The notes beneath the pieces were generated by a model. It made no database searches. It was not told the origin of the DNA and worked only from the letters and a program-made list of their open reading frames with translations. A stretch of 57,852 bases of DNA, counting the filler, from Sphacelaria rigidula (taxonomy: Eukaryota): assembly GCA_964200075.2 (NCBI GenBank). It is 8 parts of 8 records of this genome, joined end to end, with 100 filler letters (N's around TTAATTAATTAA, not from the genome) between each part and the next. Parts side by side here need not be neighbours in the genome. Positions count along the whole stretch, not along the records: positions 7,246 to 14,390 come from CAXNAA020016272.1; positions 14,491 to 21,634 come from CAXNAA020016273.1; positions 21,735 to 28,878 come from CAXNAA020016274.1; 5 more parts are not named here. The stretch is one strand, 5' to 3'. The position numbers and the translations under genes were made by a program. Of this stretch, positions 12,918 to 24,054 are shown one piece after another. Within the stretch, counting starts at the first letter, position 1. Every line of letters starts with the position of its first letter.

Positions 12918-13460
12918 TAAATCGAACTCGAGGTTCTCGTTATGTGCAACAGTTACAGTAATTTACTGTAAACCCGTAGACCGCGAGGGTAGTCCGTCTG
13001 TATCATGTATATTTTGGTCACATGAAATTGATGCCGATTCAACAAATGAACAACTCTCGCTGAGGGTTAACCCTTTCGACGGCGAGCACGAAATGTCGGT
13101 GGAATCGGCTTCGATTTCACTTGAAAAAAATATGCACCATCTCCGACCACCCTACCCTCGCGACCGAGGGGTTATAAATATCGGGAGCCTCGAGTTTGAA
13201 AACGTTTATTAGAGATACAGTATCTCAAACTCGAGGTTCCCGGTATTTTCAACTGTCAATTGATTGATTTTGATTGATTGTCGCACTTTAAGTGATCCCC
13301 CAGGGGTCTAGCCGTGGTCTTGTGGTAGACGTACCCAAGGAAAACGACACTGAAACACGCTCTGAAAGAAGGAACAGGAAAAAAAAAGTCGAACGGAACG
13401 ACATAGCAGACCAAATTACTGTGAAATATACCGGGAATCTCGAGTGTAAGATACCTCTGG
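12918..13460. mobile_element. Nested MITE cluster: two mariner-like MITEs, one interrupted by an inverted piggyBac-like MITE pair and one by a LINE 3' fragment
   Basis: TIR motif (TATC)TCAAACTCGAGGTTC(C)CG at ~12920 and ~13220, with complements at ~13181-13200 and ~13430-13457. Inserts at 12970-13175 and ~13258-13412. An uninterrupted copy is at 14136-14225. Confidence 0.65.
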
Positions 13461-14135
13461 TGAGGGCACTATGCGCCGAGCAAAGTGGTGTGTGCTTCAA
13501 GTCATACCTCCAACAGAAAAATTAGGAAATTCAAGCGAGATTGATAGACCGACTGTCGCAAATCATCTGATGCGCTTCGAATCAAGCCGGGTCACCAGAC
13601 GGACGTACCAAAAAGATCAAATAAACGGGAAAAAAAAAGGTGAAATAAAAACCCGGCTAGAGGAGCAACAGAGGGACAGACAAATCAACAGGAGAACATG
13701 GCATGGAGCTACTGTGGTCTGTAAAACCCACCAGCAGTTCAGACTTTTAATATAATAAACCCCGACAAGCATCCGTACCAAGGCTTCAGGTGAAGGGAAG
13801 CAATGCGAGAAGCAAGGCCATTGAAGCAGGATGCGACTTGGCAACCTCGAGGCTGCACTATTTTATCTGGGCGAGACAGAAATCATTTTCCAACTGGAAA
13901 TGATGCCGAGCACCAGATGGCAAAACTTTGGCGGTCAAACGGGGTTAGTTACTGAACGCTTAGACCGTGATGCGGGTAGTCCATCCGGATCACACATACT
14001 TTTTTTCAAGTCACACTGATGCCGATTTTGCACTTGACCTACTCTCGCGGTCAAAGGGTTAGCCCGTTACCGTAACCCAAGTCAGTTCAGGTGGGCCTTC
14101 GACTGACTCATCCAGGGAAAATGATGCCGATTCAA

Positions 14136-14225
14136 TAGAGGCATCTCAAACTGATGAAATCCCACCATATTTCCCAGCAATTTGCAGTAAAATACATCGG
14201 GAACCTCGAGTTTGAGATACCTCTA
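14136..14225. mobile_element. ~90-bp TA-flanked (Tc1/mariner-type) MITE
   Basis: TA-GAGGCATCTCAAACT ... AGTTTGAGATACCTC-TA. Confidence 0.7.
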
Positions 14226-14738
14226 GTAAAGTGAGGCCACCCCGGCACTCACGGGAAATGGTACACCCTGCTGGCCGAAGGGTTGTGAACCTCAAAGAGG
14301 GCCAATCGCGATGTGTGTTGTGTGTGTTGTCGTCCCATCTATTCTGGGTGCCGGTCTACACCTTTCGGTATATGTGGGCGCACCAGCCAGNNNNNNNNNN
14401 NNNNNNNNNNNNNNNNNNNNNNNNNNNNNNNNNNTTAATTAATTAANNNNNNNNNNNNNNNNNNNNNNNNNNNNNNNNNNNNNNNNNNNNGTGACGGGTA
14501 CTTGCTGTTGTAACGCGAAGTTGCTTTGCACAGCAACACAGAGTAGCTTGTTATCAATGTACATAGGCAGTAGGGACAACACATTTTTTCCGATTGTCGT
14601 TGGTGTACAGAGACGATGCACAAATATCCCGCCTGTCCAGTCTCATAGTTTCCCCCTGTTATCTTGTTATTAATGCACACAGGCTGTAGTGACAGCAAAC
14701 GTGATGAGTGTCTTCGGTCTATCAAAGGCAGTGCATCG

Positions 14739-15885
14739 AACATAGGAAAGACCGCGCTTGAGGCCCTGGCTTGTGCGCTCGACAGCGTAGACACGACACG
14801 GCCGAATTTGATCAGAGCAAACTATATGGTTCGTGGTACTTTTCGTTGGGAGAATAAATTGCCTCTTGTACACAAGCGCATACCAGAAATCAGCACCACA
14901 TGGCAGGACGGAAGATACATACACATCCCCTTCGAGACGAAGCTTGTCCCATGTTGCTTTGTCCACATATTGTTATTAGTATTCACAGTCAGTTACGGAG
15001 AACGTCATTGCTGTCTCCCGACTGTAAAAGGACCAAAGGACCGCAATAAAAATTGGGCGCACGGGCTCAGCTTATGCGTTGGACCTCTAACACTCTGGCA
15101 TGAAACAGACGCGTCAATTTTTTCGGTGACCGCATTGAGCCTTTCGGTGGCCGCCTTGAGTTCTTCCTCAGCCTTCTCCGCGCGTTGAGGCGCCGCCTTG
15201 ACCTTGCGCGCGGCCGCCAGGGCACAGGTCAAGTCTTGATCGGTTCTTTCCTTGTACTTCGCCCATGCTTCGTGGGATTTCGGTTTTCTCTCAAACTTCG
15301 AAACACCGTGCTTCTGAGAATCCGCATTTTTCACCTCGAGAAACGCTGCTGGTCCTGAAGCCGCAAGTGCCGATTTTTCAACGCAGATATCTCAGCAACG
15401 AGGCAGAGGATTGGACTGCGTTTTGATGTGTGCGCTTCCTTACCACTGGAACTGTTCAGTGTGGCGACATATTTCCGTACGCGTGCCCTGCACTTTGGAA
15501 ACCGCTGCACCAAACACAAAATGTTCTGAAAAACGCGTTTCCTGCAACGTTCTGGGACTTTTTGGATTCCCTGTGGCGAATGGAACAAACCTGCTTGCGC
15601 TGCTGTATAGGTGTTCTGTGTGTGCTGGGGGCTGTGAAGTTCCAGAGGCCGCTGTGCTTACTGTCTCGAGAATTATGCGATGAAACAAATTACATATGTC
15701 GCATACTAAACTTGGGTAACTTAGGATGGAGCGTGTGTCATTTTCGGCAGAGGTTCGGTACTGGCCCGACCAGTCTATGACGTCTTCAATACGTCTTGAA
15801 TTTCCGTCCGCATTCAATTTTTTTTTTTGTGGGAACCGGATTTTTGGTCGGTAAGGCCTTCATTCACCCCCATAACAGTACAGAA
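14739..15885 (-). repeat. Left arm of a ~1.15-kb inverted duplication (partner 20489-21634) carrying a decayed coding sequence
   Basis: Reverse-complement match. Peptides such as KNADSQKHGVSKF.RKPKS.EAWAKYKERTDQDLTCALAAARKVKAAPQRAEKAEEEL and MDKATWDKLRLEG.VYVSSVLPCGADFWYALV occur in both arms. Confidence 0.95.
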
Positions 15886-16107
15886 CATTTACTACAGAAA
15901 GTATACAAAATTGTCTACAGACAACAGTGCAACAGTACAACTCTCAACTGTCTTGACGTAATACTGTAGTGCTGTACCACACACCGACATGTGCAGGACT
16001 TGTGAATGACTAGCGGGCGCCGAGGTGCACTGCCTGGGCGCACACAGCTGTGTGCCCAACGCTTTGTACTGTGCCGGATTCGTACCCGGAAGCTGTGTTG
16101 ACGATGC

Positions 16108-16390
16108 TGTGTGTGTGTTGTCCCATCTATTCTGGACGCCGGTCGACACCTTTCGGTATATGTGGGCGTACCAGCCGGGGTCACACAGGAGGAAGATCAA
16201 CACAATAGTTTTTTCCTTTTGTGTTTGCTTTTAGTACTCGTACTCCACCTTTCTTCTGCGGTGCTTGCCTTTATATATTATCGCGAGAGGGATTCAGCAG
16301 TCCCTTTCCCTCGTCGACCGTTAAGTCGAATATACTGCTGTCGCGTATTCAACGGTATGGGGACAGCACAAACAACTAAGGTCATGCTAG
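16108..16390 (-). mobile_element. 3'-terminal fragment of a LINE-like retroelement with a (CA)n tail
   Basis: Minus strand reads ...RLTVDEGKGTAESLSR*YIKASTAEERW..., then GTGACCCCGGCTGG...CCAGAATAGATGGGACAA(CA)n. A second copy at 14310-14390 is cut by the scaffold end. Confidence 0.6.
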
Positions 16391-16592
16391 GATAGGACGG
16401 GGGGTCTCTTGGGCCATTGCTTCCACTAAATTCAACTTCGAATCGCTTTTAGGATCAACGATCTTCAGAACGAGCGTGTTACCGATAAATAACCCTCATC
16501 TATACTGCTTGACGCCGTTTTACCCAAATACAAGCGCACTGTGAGTGTGTCAGGTTGTCCGGATCATCTATGAGTATTTTTTTCCTGGAATT
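16388..16592 (+). mobile_element. ~210-bp polyG/polyC-bounded element (other copies 29030-29258 + and 50773-51027 -)
   Basis: Shared interior TTCCAC.AAATTC.ACTTC...CCGATAAAT.AC...TTTTACCCAA.TACAAGCGCAC.G.GAGTGT...CATCTATGAG..ATTTTTTC.TGGAATT.AACA in three scaffolds. Confidence 0.8.
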
Positions 16593-19500
16593 AAACATCC
16601 AACCCATCGTAGCACGGCTCTGTACATGCTCTCCCGCGCTGTACGGGTAACACTGCATGGGTGGGCGCAGAGTACGAGCGCAGAAAAGCTCGGCGCGACT
16701 TACACCTTTTAAACTCATGACACCGACCACGTGGCATTCGGAAGAGAAAATATGAAGCTCTGAAAAGTTGACCCCGGTCCACCCACACCTACGTGGTGAA
16801 AAAAAAAAAACGAAGCTGGGGTTTACGCGTAAACAACCCAGTCGTTTCTCGTTTATCCCTGAGTTTTTTTTCCCCGAAACTCTCTAATATCGACGTATTC
16901 ATGTAACCGCAGGGTTAGATGAGGACCGAAAGTATCATCCAATCTATTTTCTGGTGCTGGTACAAACTGTCTGTATGAACGATAAGTCGGGTGTTGTGCG
17001 TATCAGGTAATGTACAGATGTATCAAGCAGTATGAGTCGACGCAGAGAGCTTTCAACAGGATGTGGCAACCGCCGCCCGCGACTTGTGACTTTGGATATT
17101 GTCCCCATCACCTTGCGACACAGACCTTTGTGGTCGGGGTGGGCCGCGATTTCCCTCTGTGTTGCAAGCTGCAAATTCTCTTTGAACAGCATGGGCGTTG
17201 CGCCGCAGATACATTACAGTGCAGCACGCATTTTCGAATGCAACAACAGCTGCCGCTGCATACTCCCTCACGTGTTCTGGGCAGTTCTCCACGACGGCGA
17301 TCAGCTGCCTATACGCAGCTTGTTCTTTACCGTCGATTACATACGACCTCACCGCCGCTTGTACCGCTTTGGCCGAGGGATACGCAAAATTAATGCCTCC
17401 AGCTCCGTCCCTCGTCCCACAGCGTTGCCAGATTCAGTCGTCTTGTGAACACGACCACATATGTAGTAGGGTGTATTTATTCCCGAATTTTCCCCGAGCA
17501 CTATGTGTTAGTGTAGTCAACTAGGTTTTACTATAGGATGGTGAGCCCAAAAGAAACGGGGGAGTAGAGGTCGGACCTATATAAAATACAAGTAAATGGT
17601 TGAAAAATCGGGAAACCGAGCCCCGACCACCTGGGCTGTTTGTTGCTTCGAAGGCTTTTTTTGGGGCCCGGGACAGGGTACACACACCAACTGGGCAGTG
17701 ACATCACTCCCGGCGATAGTCCCCTCCCACTGGTCGTTCAGATGTGGTCGACGAAATTCTCCTCGCCCTGATTTGGCAGGTCGCTCCCAGACTTGTTTAT
17801 TATTATTTTACTTATATATGGTATCTACTCTGCTGCCCTGAATCCCTTGGGCTTTGTCGTTTTTTTAATAACCCTTTTGGAACCGTTGATGGAAAATTGA
17901 CGATTTACATTTGACGTTTTTCGGGCAAGAAATGGTTGTTTTTCTAAAGCCGTTGAGCAAACGATTCGCCCAAAGCTTGTTTTTCAGACCTGTGCGAATG
18001 TAACGTGGAAGAAAAGAAGGTTCTCTATTTTACGGGCATGACGAATTGTTCGACCCGTCGCTGTTTTCTAACCCCCGCCAGAGTGCGTGGCTGACCTTTC
18101 GTGAAGCAATCTTCACGCCGCACCTGCAGTAGATGCTTTGTGCCGCATCATGGCAAGCCTGCGCCTAAGTTGCAATAACAAAGGCGACGCCGACGGCACA
18201 TTTACCTCAGTGATGCCCCTGTCTACTGTCTGTATTCGGAGAGAGTCACCGTCAGGCCCTGTGGGGATGTGTTCACCTCCTCCTCTGCTCTGCTTGTGAT
18301 CATGATATTTTCAGCTTATTTCAAGTGTAAACTCACGTCATGCACGTTACTGTACTCCGTCGTCCGCGTTTATACGGCACTACACTGCCCTTTGATCATT
18401 CCATAATGACGACGAGGGTGTCATGTACCCCGCCGCTATACATACTCCTGGTGCAGCGTAGGCGGGGGCCGTTGCTTTGGCATATTATCCGATACAGGCT
18501 GTCACTTCGTAGGCTGTGATCTTACCGCATATCTCATCGTGCGCTTTGTGCTGTACGTTTCCACGACACCACCTCTATATTGCGGGTTGATCATCCCTGA
18601 ACGTTGCTAAGCCCCACTTTGTGCTGCGTGAGGTGTATTACTCCGGCTTGCGCTATCGCGTTCGGACTGTCTGTCCTCGTGGGCGGCGTTGGGATATCAT
18701 GCAATGATAGTACACCCCTTCTGCCTTCTTGCATGGAACACCATAACATCGTTATTCAGTTATACTGGACTGAGTGAAGCCTGAAGTGTGTTTACTGACT
18801 GTAGTCGTAGTTGGGGCAGGCTGGTTGCGAAAGGCTGTCCCGGTCGGTTGTCGACCGTTTGCCAGTATATCGCCTGTCTGGACGCCGGCAATCACGTCCG
18901 CTTGATGTCTTCGACATAATCCTGTGTACCTCGCAGCGTTTTCACTTGCTGCGGTTACTGTGCTGACGTTCGATAAGCGAGCGGGGGGGGGGCGGTGTGC
19001 GCCGGAGGGCAATGCGTTGCCCCAACCGCTCTTGCAGCCTTTTCAGCGAAGCGCAGGGCAGCGTCCTGATGGTACTTCTCAGCCACCTCTTCCAGCTGAA
19101 CGTGAAGTGCATATGGGTCCCGCTTCTGCGCTTCCACATGTGACGACGGGATTTGCACTTGCTCCGCCATATCATTGTCGCCGTATAGTGTGGCTTCCTA
19201 TGCCCGCGAAGTGTTGATGATGCAGCCCACCAAAGCGGTGCACCACTCTAATTTCGAGTATGCTATTGCGACACTCTAAGTTCAAGTATACTCCTGTGAC
19301 ATATTGACGCACCGAACTCGAATTGAGGTATTTCACAGATTCCCACTGACAAAAATCGCACATATGGGAGTTTGTACTGCTTTGCGAGAGTTTTGTCGAT
19401 GCATACGATTGGACAAACTTCGCCCGTCGCGTGATATCATTGGACAAACCCAACCCGACCGCTCTGGGGTTTCATTTTCGGTACATCTATGACGTATGCT

Positions 19501-19680
19501 CCTGGAGTCTTCTTTGGTCTTCCACAGTAAAAACGGTTGCCGTCGGTCTTTTCTGTTTCCATCTTTTCTTCTGACACAACCTGAACTAATGAGGCGTCTG
19601 GCCCGGGGACGGGAGGGGAGGGTCAAAGCGGTTGATTATTTTATTCCGTTTTTTTTTTCGGTCGGCTATCTCTTTCTGTG

Positions 19681-19730
<50 letters not shown>

Positions 19731-19899
19731 CTTTTTTTTTTTTTTTTATTTTTTGTTTTTTTTTCTTTTTTTTTTTTTTTTTTTTTTTTTCTCCCNNNNN
19801 NTCTGCCCTGTCTCTTTTTTTTTTTTTTTTTTTTTTTCCCTTTTTTTTTTTCGGTCGGCTTTCTCTTTCTGTGCTTTTTTTTTTTTTTTTTTCGTTGAC

Positions 19900-20047
19900 G
19901 TCTTAGTCTACTATGTCGTTCTGCTCCTTCGTTTTCTTGAACGAGTGGTTCAGTTTTGCTTTTTTTTTTATACGTCTATCATGCGACCACGGCTAGACCC
20001 ATGGGTGGTCAGTTGAAGTGCGACAATCGAATCAAAATCAAATCAAT
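19900..20047 (+). mobile_element. LINE 3' end with (AATC)n tail; same family as 13258-13412 (-)
   Basis: GACCACGGCTAGACCC.TGGG.G.TCA.TT.AAGTGCGACAATC followed by AATC repeats in both copies. Preceded by an unresolved poly-T tract (19640-19900). Confidence 0.7.
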
Positions 20048-20050
20048 GGT

Positions 20051-20101
20051 GAACCCCTTGTTACTGAACTTCAGTCCCGAAAGGGTTAACCCTTTTGGGA
20101 C
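20051..20101. mobile_element. Back-to-back piggyBac-like ends forming a 28-bp palindrome around TTAA
   Basis: GTCCCGAAAGGG-TTAA-CCCTTTTGGGAC at 20074-20101. A related right end (...GGGGACGGGAGGGGAGGGT...AAAG(C/G)GTT) is shared by ~5545-5690 and ~19500-19634. Confidence 0.55.
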
Positions 20102-20189
20102 CGGGCCTCCATAACGACCAATGAGACCGATTAGGAATGACGTGTCCGGCGTCTGCACGAAACAGACAATGGCGTGTGAACATCCGCGT

Positions 20190-21634
20190 ATGTAACCGTA
20201 GGGTTATGACGAAGACCGAAAGTTTCATCCTATGTATTTTCAGGTGCAGGGTGTGCATTAGGTAGTGTACATCTGATGTAGCAAGCAATATGGGTCGCGG
20301 TAGAGACCTTCCAACAGGATACGGCGACCGGCGGGCCGCCCGCCACTTGTGGCTTCGGATGATATTATTGTCCCCATCGCCTCGCCACACAGCCCTTTGT
20401 GATCGTGGTGGGCCGCCATTTCCCTCTTTGATGCATGCGGCAAATTCTCGTCGAAGGGTATATCAGCGTTGCGGCGCGCATGAATACAGTATAGTACAGT
20501 TATGGGGGTGAATGAAGGCCTTACCGACCAAACATCCGTGGTCAACTAAAACAAATACGGACGCGGAGGGACATTCAAGACGTATCGAAGACGTCATTGA
20601 CTGGTCGGACCTGTGCCGAAGCTGTGCCGAACAGAACACACGCTCCACCCCAAGTTACCTACGTTCAGTATGCAATAGCTGTAATTTGTTTCATCGCATA
20701 ATTCTCGAGACAAGGAGCGAACCGGCCTATGACACTTGACAGCCCCCCGCGCACACACTAAATCTCTTCAGCGCCGCAACGGAATCGATCAGTATGTTAC
20801 AGCGGATCCGGGACGCTCCCCAACGTCGAAGAAAACGCATTTTTCGTACATTTTGGGCGGTTTGCAGAGTGCGGCGGGCTCCGCGGCACGCGTTACGATA
20901 AGCCGTTACGTCGCTGAAACGTTCTGGTGTATCGGAAGCGCACGCATCAAACCGCAGTCCAATCCTCTGCCTCGTTGCGGAGATATCTGCGTTGAAAAAT
21001 CGGCACTTGCGGCTTCAGGACCAGCAGCGTTTCTCGAGGTGAAAAATGCGGATTCTCAGAAGCACGGTGTTTCGAAGTTTAAGAGAAAACCGAAATCCCG
21101 CGAAGCATGGGCGAAGTACAAGGAAAGAACCGATCAAGACTTGACCTGTGCCCTGGCGGCCGCGCGCAAGGTCAAGGCGGCGCCTCAACGCGCGGAGAAG
21201 GCTGAGGAAGAACTCAGGGCGTTCACCGAAAGGCTCAACGCGGTCACCGAATAAATTGACGCGTCTGTTTCATGCCAGAGTGTTAGAGGTCCAACGCATA
21301 AGCTGAGCCCGTGCGCCCAATTTTTATTGCGGTCCTTTGGTCCTTTTACAGTCGGGAGACAGCAATGATGTTTTCCGTAACTGACTGTGAATACTAATAA
21401 CAATATGTGGACAAAGCAACATGGGACAAGCTTCGTCTCGAAGGGGGGGTGTATGTATCTTCCGTCCTGCCATGTGGTGCTGATTTCTGGTATGCGCTTG
21501 TGAACAAGGGGCAATTCATTCTCCCAACGAAAAGTACCACGAACCATATAGTTTGCTCTGATCAAATTCGGCCGTGTCGTGTCTACGCTGTCGAGCGCAC
21601 AAGCCAGGGCCTCAAGCGCGGTCTTTCCTATGTT
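20190..21634 (+). pseudogene. Decayed gene: Cys/His-rich segment, CxxC...CxxC cluster, coiled coil and a frameshifted RING-like motif; includes the right arm of the inverted duplication
   Basis: CPHRLATQPFV..VGRHFPL (diverged direct copy at ~16890-17230); LCRSCAEQN...VCNSCNLFH; AEKAEEELRAFTERLNAV; then SCQ...KLSPCAQ|FYCGP after a 1-nt shift. Several stops and frameshifts. Confidence 0.45.
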
Positions 21635-21782
21635 NNNNNNNNNNNNNNNNNNNNNNNNNNNNNNNNNNNNNNNNNNNNTTAATTAATTAANNNNNNNNNN
21701 NNNNNNNNNNNNNNNNNNNNNNNNNNNNNNNNNNTGTATGAAATAAACGTATTGAGAGCCAGAATGTTGAAGGTGTATATAT

Positions 21783-21872
21783 TAGGAGTAGGAACGGTGC
21801 TCCGTCTCGAAAGGGATGCGTGGTCAATGGCCGAACGACGAAGGCGAGCAACAAATGAGTACGCCCCCCCCC
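21783..21872 (+). mobile_element. Short structured dispersed element, type I (other copies 39771-39876 +, 56871-56980 +, 50193-50272 -, 28979-29030 - partial)
   Basis: Consensus GTAGGAACGGTGCTCCGTCTCGAAAGGGATGCGTGGTCAATGGTCAAACGACTAAGGCAAGCAACAAATGAGTACGCCCCCC in five scaffolds. Confidence 0.85.
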
Positions 21873-22304
21873 TGCAGCTGTCTGTACCGGTTGACTGCGG
21901 TGGGTGTTGCATCCATCCCAATCGATATTTTCAAAAATCAAAGTGTACTCGTCGATTCAACATAAATATAGATGGTTCTGTCTCCACTGTACAGTGCTAC
22001 CGTCTGTACAGCAGGCAGCAGACAACGGTATGCCCCAATATCGCGTCCGAGAAAACGAGATGAAGAAACAATCAAGTGAAAAATAGTTCCAAGGAACTGT
22101 CGGGGCTCTTGCAATCTTCCCGCCATGTTCCTTGGCAACTGATATTAATCAATATCCATGTCCCAATGTGGGGCAACAACTCGAACGCTCTGTGATAGGT
22201 GCGTAACCACACGGCCCCCAGCTATCAGCACAACTATCTTGTTCGCCAATCCGGTCCGTTGTTGTGGAGAAATGCTCCCCAAATATCCCAAATCGGCAGT
22301 TTTA

Positions 22305-23350
22305 GACCGGTGTCGTAATTAGGTCATATGTACGACACCGCCCCGTCTTTCATCAAACCAGCTCGGATCCGCACAAGAGTAGATGCCCCCATAAGTTTTC
22401 ATCGTCGCCTTCATGATCCCCATCAAAGTCTTAGCTGCGACCTTTCGATCGCAAGGAGGTAATGCCCCTCGGTCTACAGTTGGCCCGTCGCTTCATGATA
22501 CAAGGTGGCTTGAGCGAGAACACAGGGTTGTTGCGGGCGACCATATTTACGACACCAGCCTGAGATTGCCAATTTTAGCTCTCTAGTAGACATATATCTG
22601 CAACCGCGCATCAGATGGGCCCGCAAGATACTTTTGCCGATAGTTTGCGACCATGCGGTTACAGCGCACCTACTGCTACGCGGATCCGAGGTGTTTTGGT
22701 GAAGAATCGAGCAGTATTATGAACTTTGCTTGTATACGACACCGGGTCAAAAACTGACGATGTTGGCTCTTAGCGAGAATTTATCCGCACCCACTGACCG
22801 GATCGACCTACAACATAGCGTTCCTGATAGCCGGGGGGTCGTAGGGTTATTATTATTATTATTATTGTTATTTCGATCTCTCGAGCCCGTGGTCATAGAC
22901 GTAGGCTCGTCTTTGCAATACCGTCCCCGCTCTTCCTCACAAGACATAGAGCTCTCCTTTTTCTTGTCTGAGACTCACTCCAGAGGAGAAACGAAAATGA
23001 AAACAACCAGACAAAACATTTACCAAGAAAAAATTAGTAAGAGATACGCCAAGTAAGAGGGTGAGAAATAGCTTCCCCCGAGTCTATCGAGGGTTGCAGA
23101 GCATCTACTGTTGTGCGGATCCAAGCTGTTTTGATGATGAACGGGGTGGCGTAGTAAATATGGCTGCCATATCTACGGCACCGAGTTTTGCTCTGAGTGT
23201 TTCCACAGCAACTGATCGGATCGGCGTATAAGATAGTCGTCCTGATGATGGGGTCCGCGCGGTTTCAGCGCACCTACTCTTGTGCGGACCTGAGCTGTTC
23301 TGGTGAAGAAGGGGGCGGTGTTGTAAATGTTAAACTACAGCACCGGCGCC
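22305..23350. repeat. Degenerate ~170-190-bp tandem units with one inverted copy (foldback-like element)
   Basis: Motif GC(G/A)CA(C/T)CTACT.(T/C)T(G/A).GCGGA.C..AG.TGTT.TG.TGA.GAA at ~22664, 23098 and 23268; reverse complement at ~22340-22390. CGGTGTCGTA...TACGACACCG hairpin at 22308-22340. Confidence 0.65.
22843..23095 (-). mobile_element. 5'-truncated LINE insertion with (AAT)n tail and 6-bp TSD AGGGTT
   Basis: AGGGTT at 22843-22848 and 23090-23095. Removing the insert restores the host repeat unit. Minus-strand end ATGACCACGGGCTCGAGAGATCGAAAT(AAT)n. Confidence 0.75.
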
Positions 23351-23577
23351 GTCAATAGAAGGGTCGTTTTCTCATGTGCCTGAGCCAAAGAAGACACTAG
23401 AAGTGATCAAGCGGTCGGGCAAGCACGACCGGGATCGATGGAATGACTGCGACTCCTGTAGAGAGAAGTGATGTCAAAGATCAGCTGCAGAATATGTTGA
23501 GCCAACTGACAAACCAGTTTGGTATATACTGACGGAACTTATGCAGTCAAGGCAGACTTTATTACAGAGCCGAGTAG

Positions 23578-24054
23578 TGAGAAACCGCTCCGATGCGGGG
23601 GGAGCCGTCCACACAACTCAAGCGTGCGTGAACGAAAGTCAGTGGCCTGGTTCAAGGCTGATAACAGTATTTTCAAGCGCTTTTATACTGTTCTTTGGTC
23701 AAATCCTGCTTACTCACTTAGTTTCCCTCAATCAATCTCACTCAGTCACTCAACAACTCACACTCAATCTCTCTCACTCATACCTCACACACGCACTTAC
23801 CACACACACTTATGCAAACTCCCAGAGCAAGGCAGACAGCGGGCACCCAAACCAGACTGAACGATTGGGGGCGGTACACAGCTCGGTTGTCTGTGCGTGG
23901 ATTGTATTGTACTCGCATAACCTACGTCATTAGATGCTATTCCTCTGGTTGGCCATGATGATACTCCGCAACCCCAACGTAGTTCATGCCTAGTTGTACC
24001 GCAGTGTATCTCGCACCAATCTCGTTCATGACTGCGCGTGAGCATATTCGATCA
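23578..24054 (-). repeat. 3' LTR of the Copia-type element
   Basis: Begins TGAGAAACC and ends TTCGATCA on the + strand. Its first 208 bp are repeated at 28671-28878. Confidence 0.85.

Noticed and set aside
18000-19170. Minus-strand gene starting MAEQVQIPSSHVEAQKRDPYALHVQLEEVAEKY
   Set aside because: Protein-like start, but the frame breaks at a homopolymer run and I could not build a consistent exon chain or recognise a family.
19496-20016. Poly-Phe ORFs
   Set aside because: They derive from a low-quality poly-T tract with an internal N gap.
21783-21872. HDV-like or pistol ribozyme assignment for the structured mini-element
   Set aside because: C(A/G)AAT before GAGTAC resembles HDV J4/2-P2, but no upstream P1 partner for CGTGGTC and no P1.1 were found. 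The pistol resemblance is limited to CGTGGT. Left unassigned.
23235-23275. CTGATGA as a hammerhead ribozyme core
   Set aside because: No correctly placed GAAA or stems, and the paralogous repeat unit reads CTGATAG.
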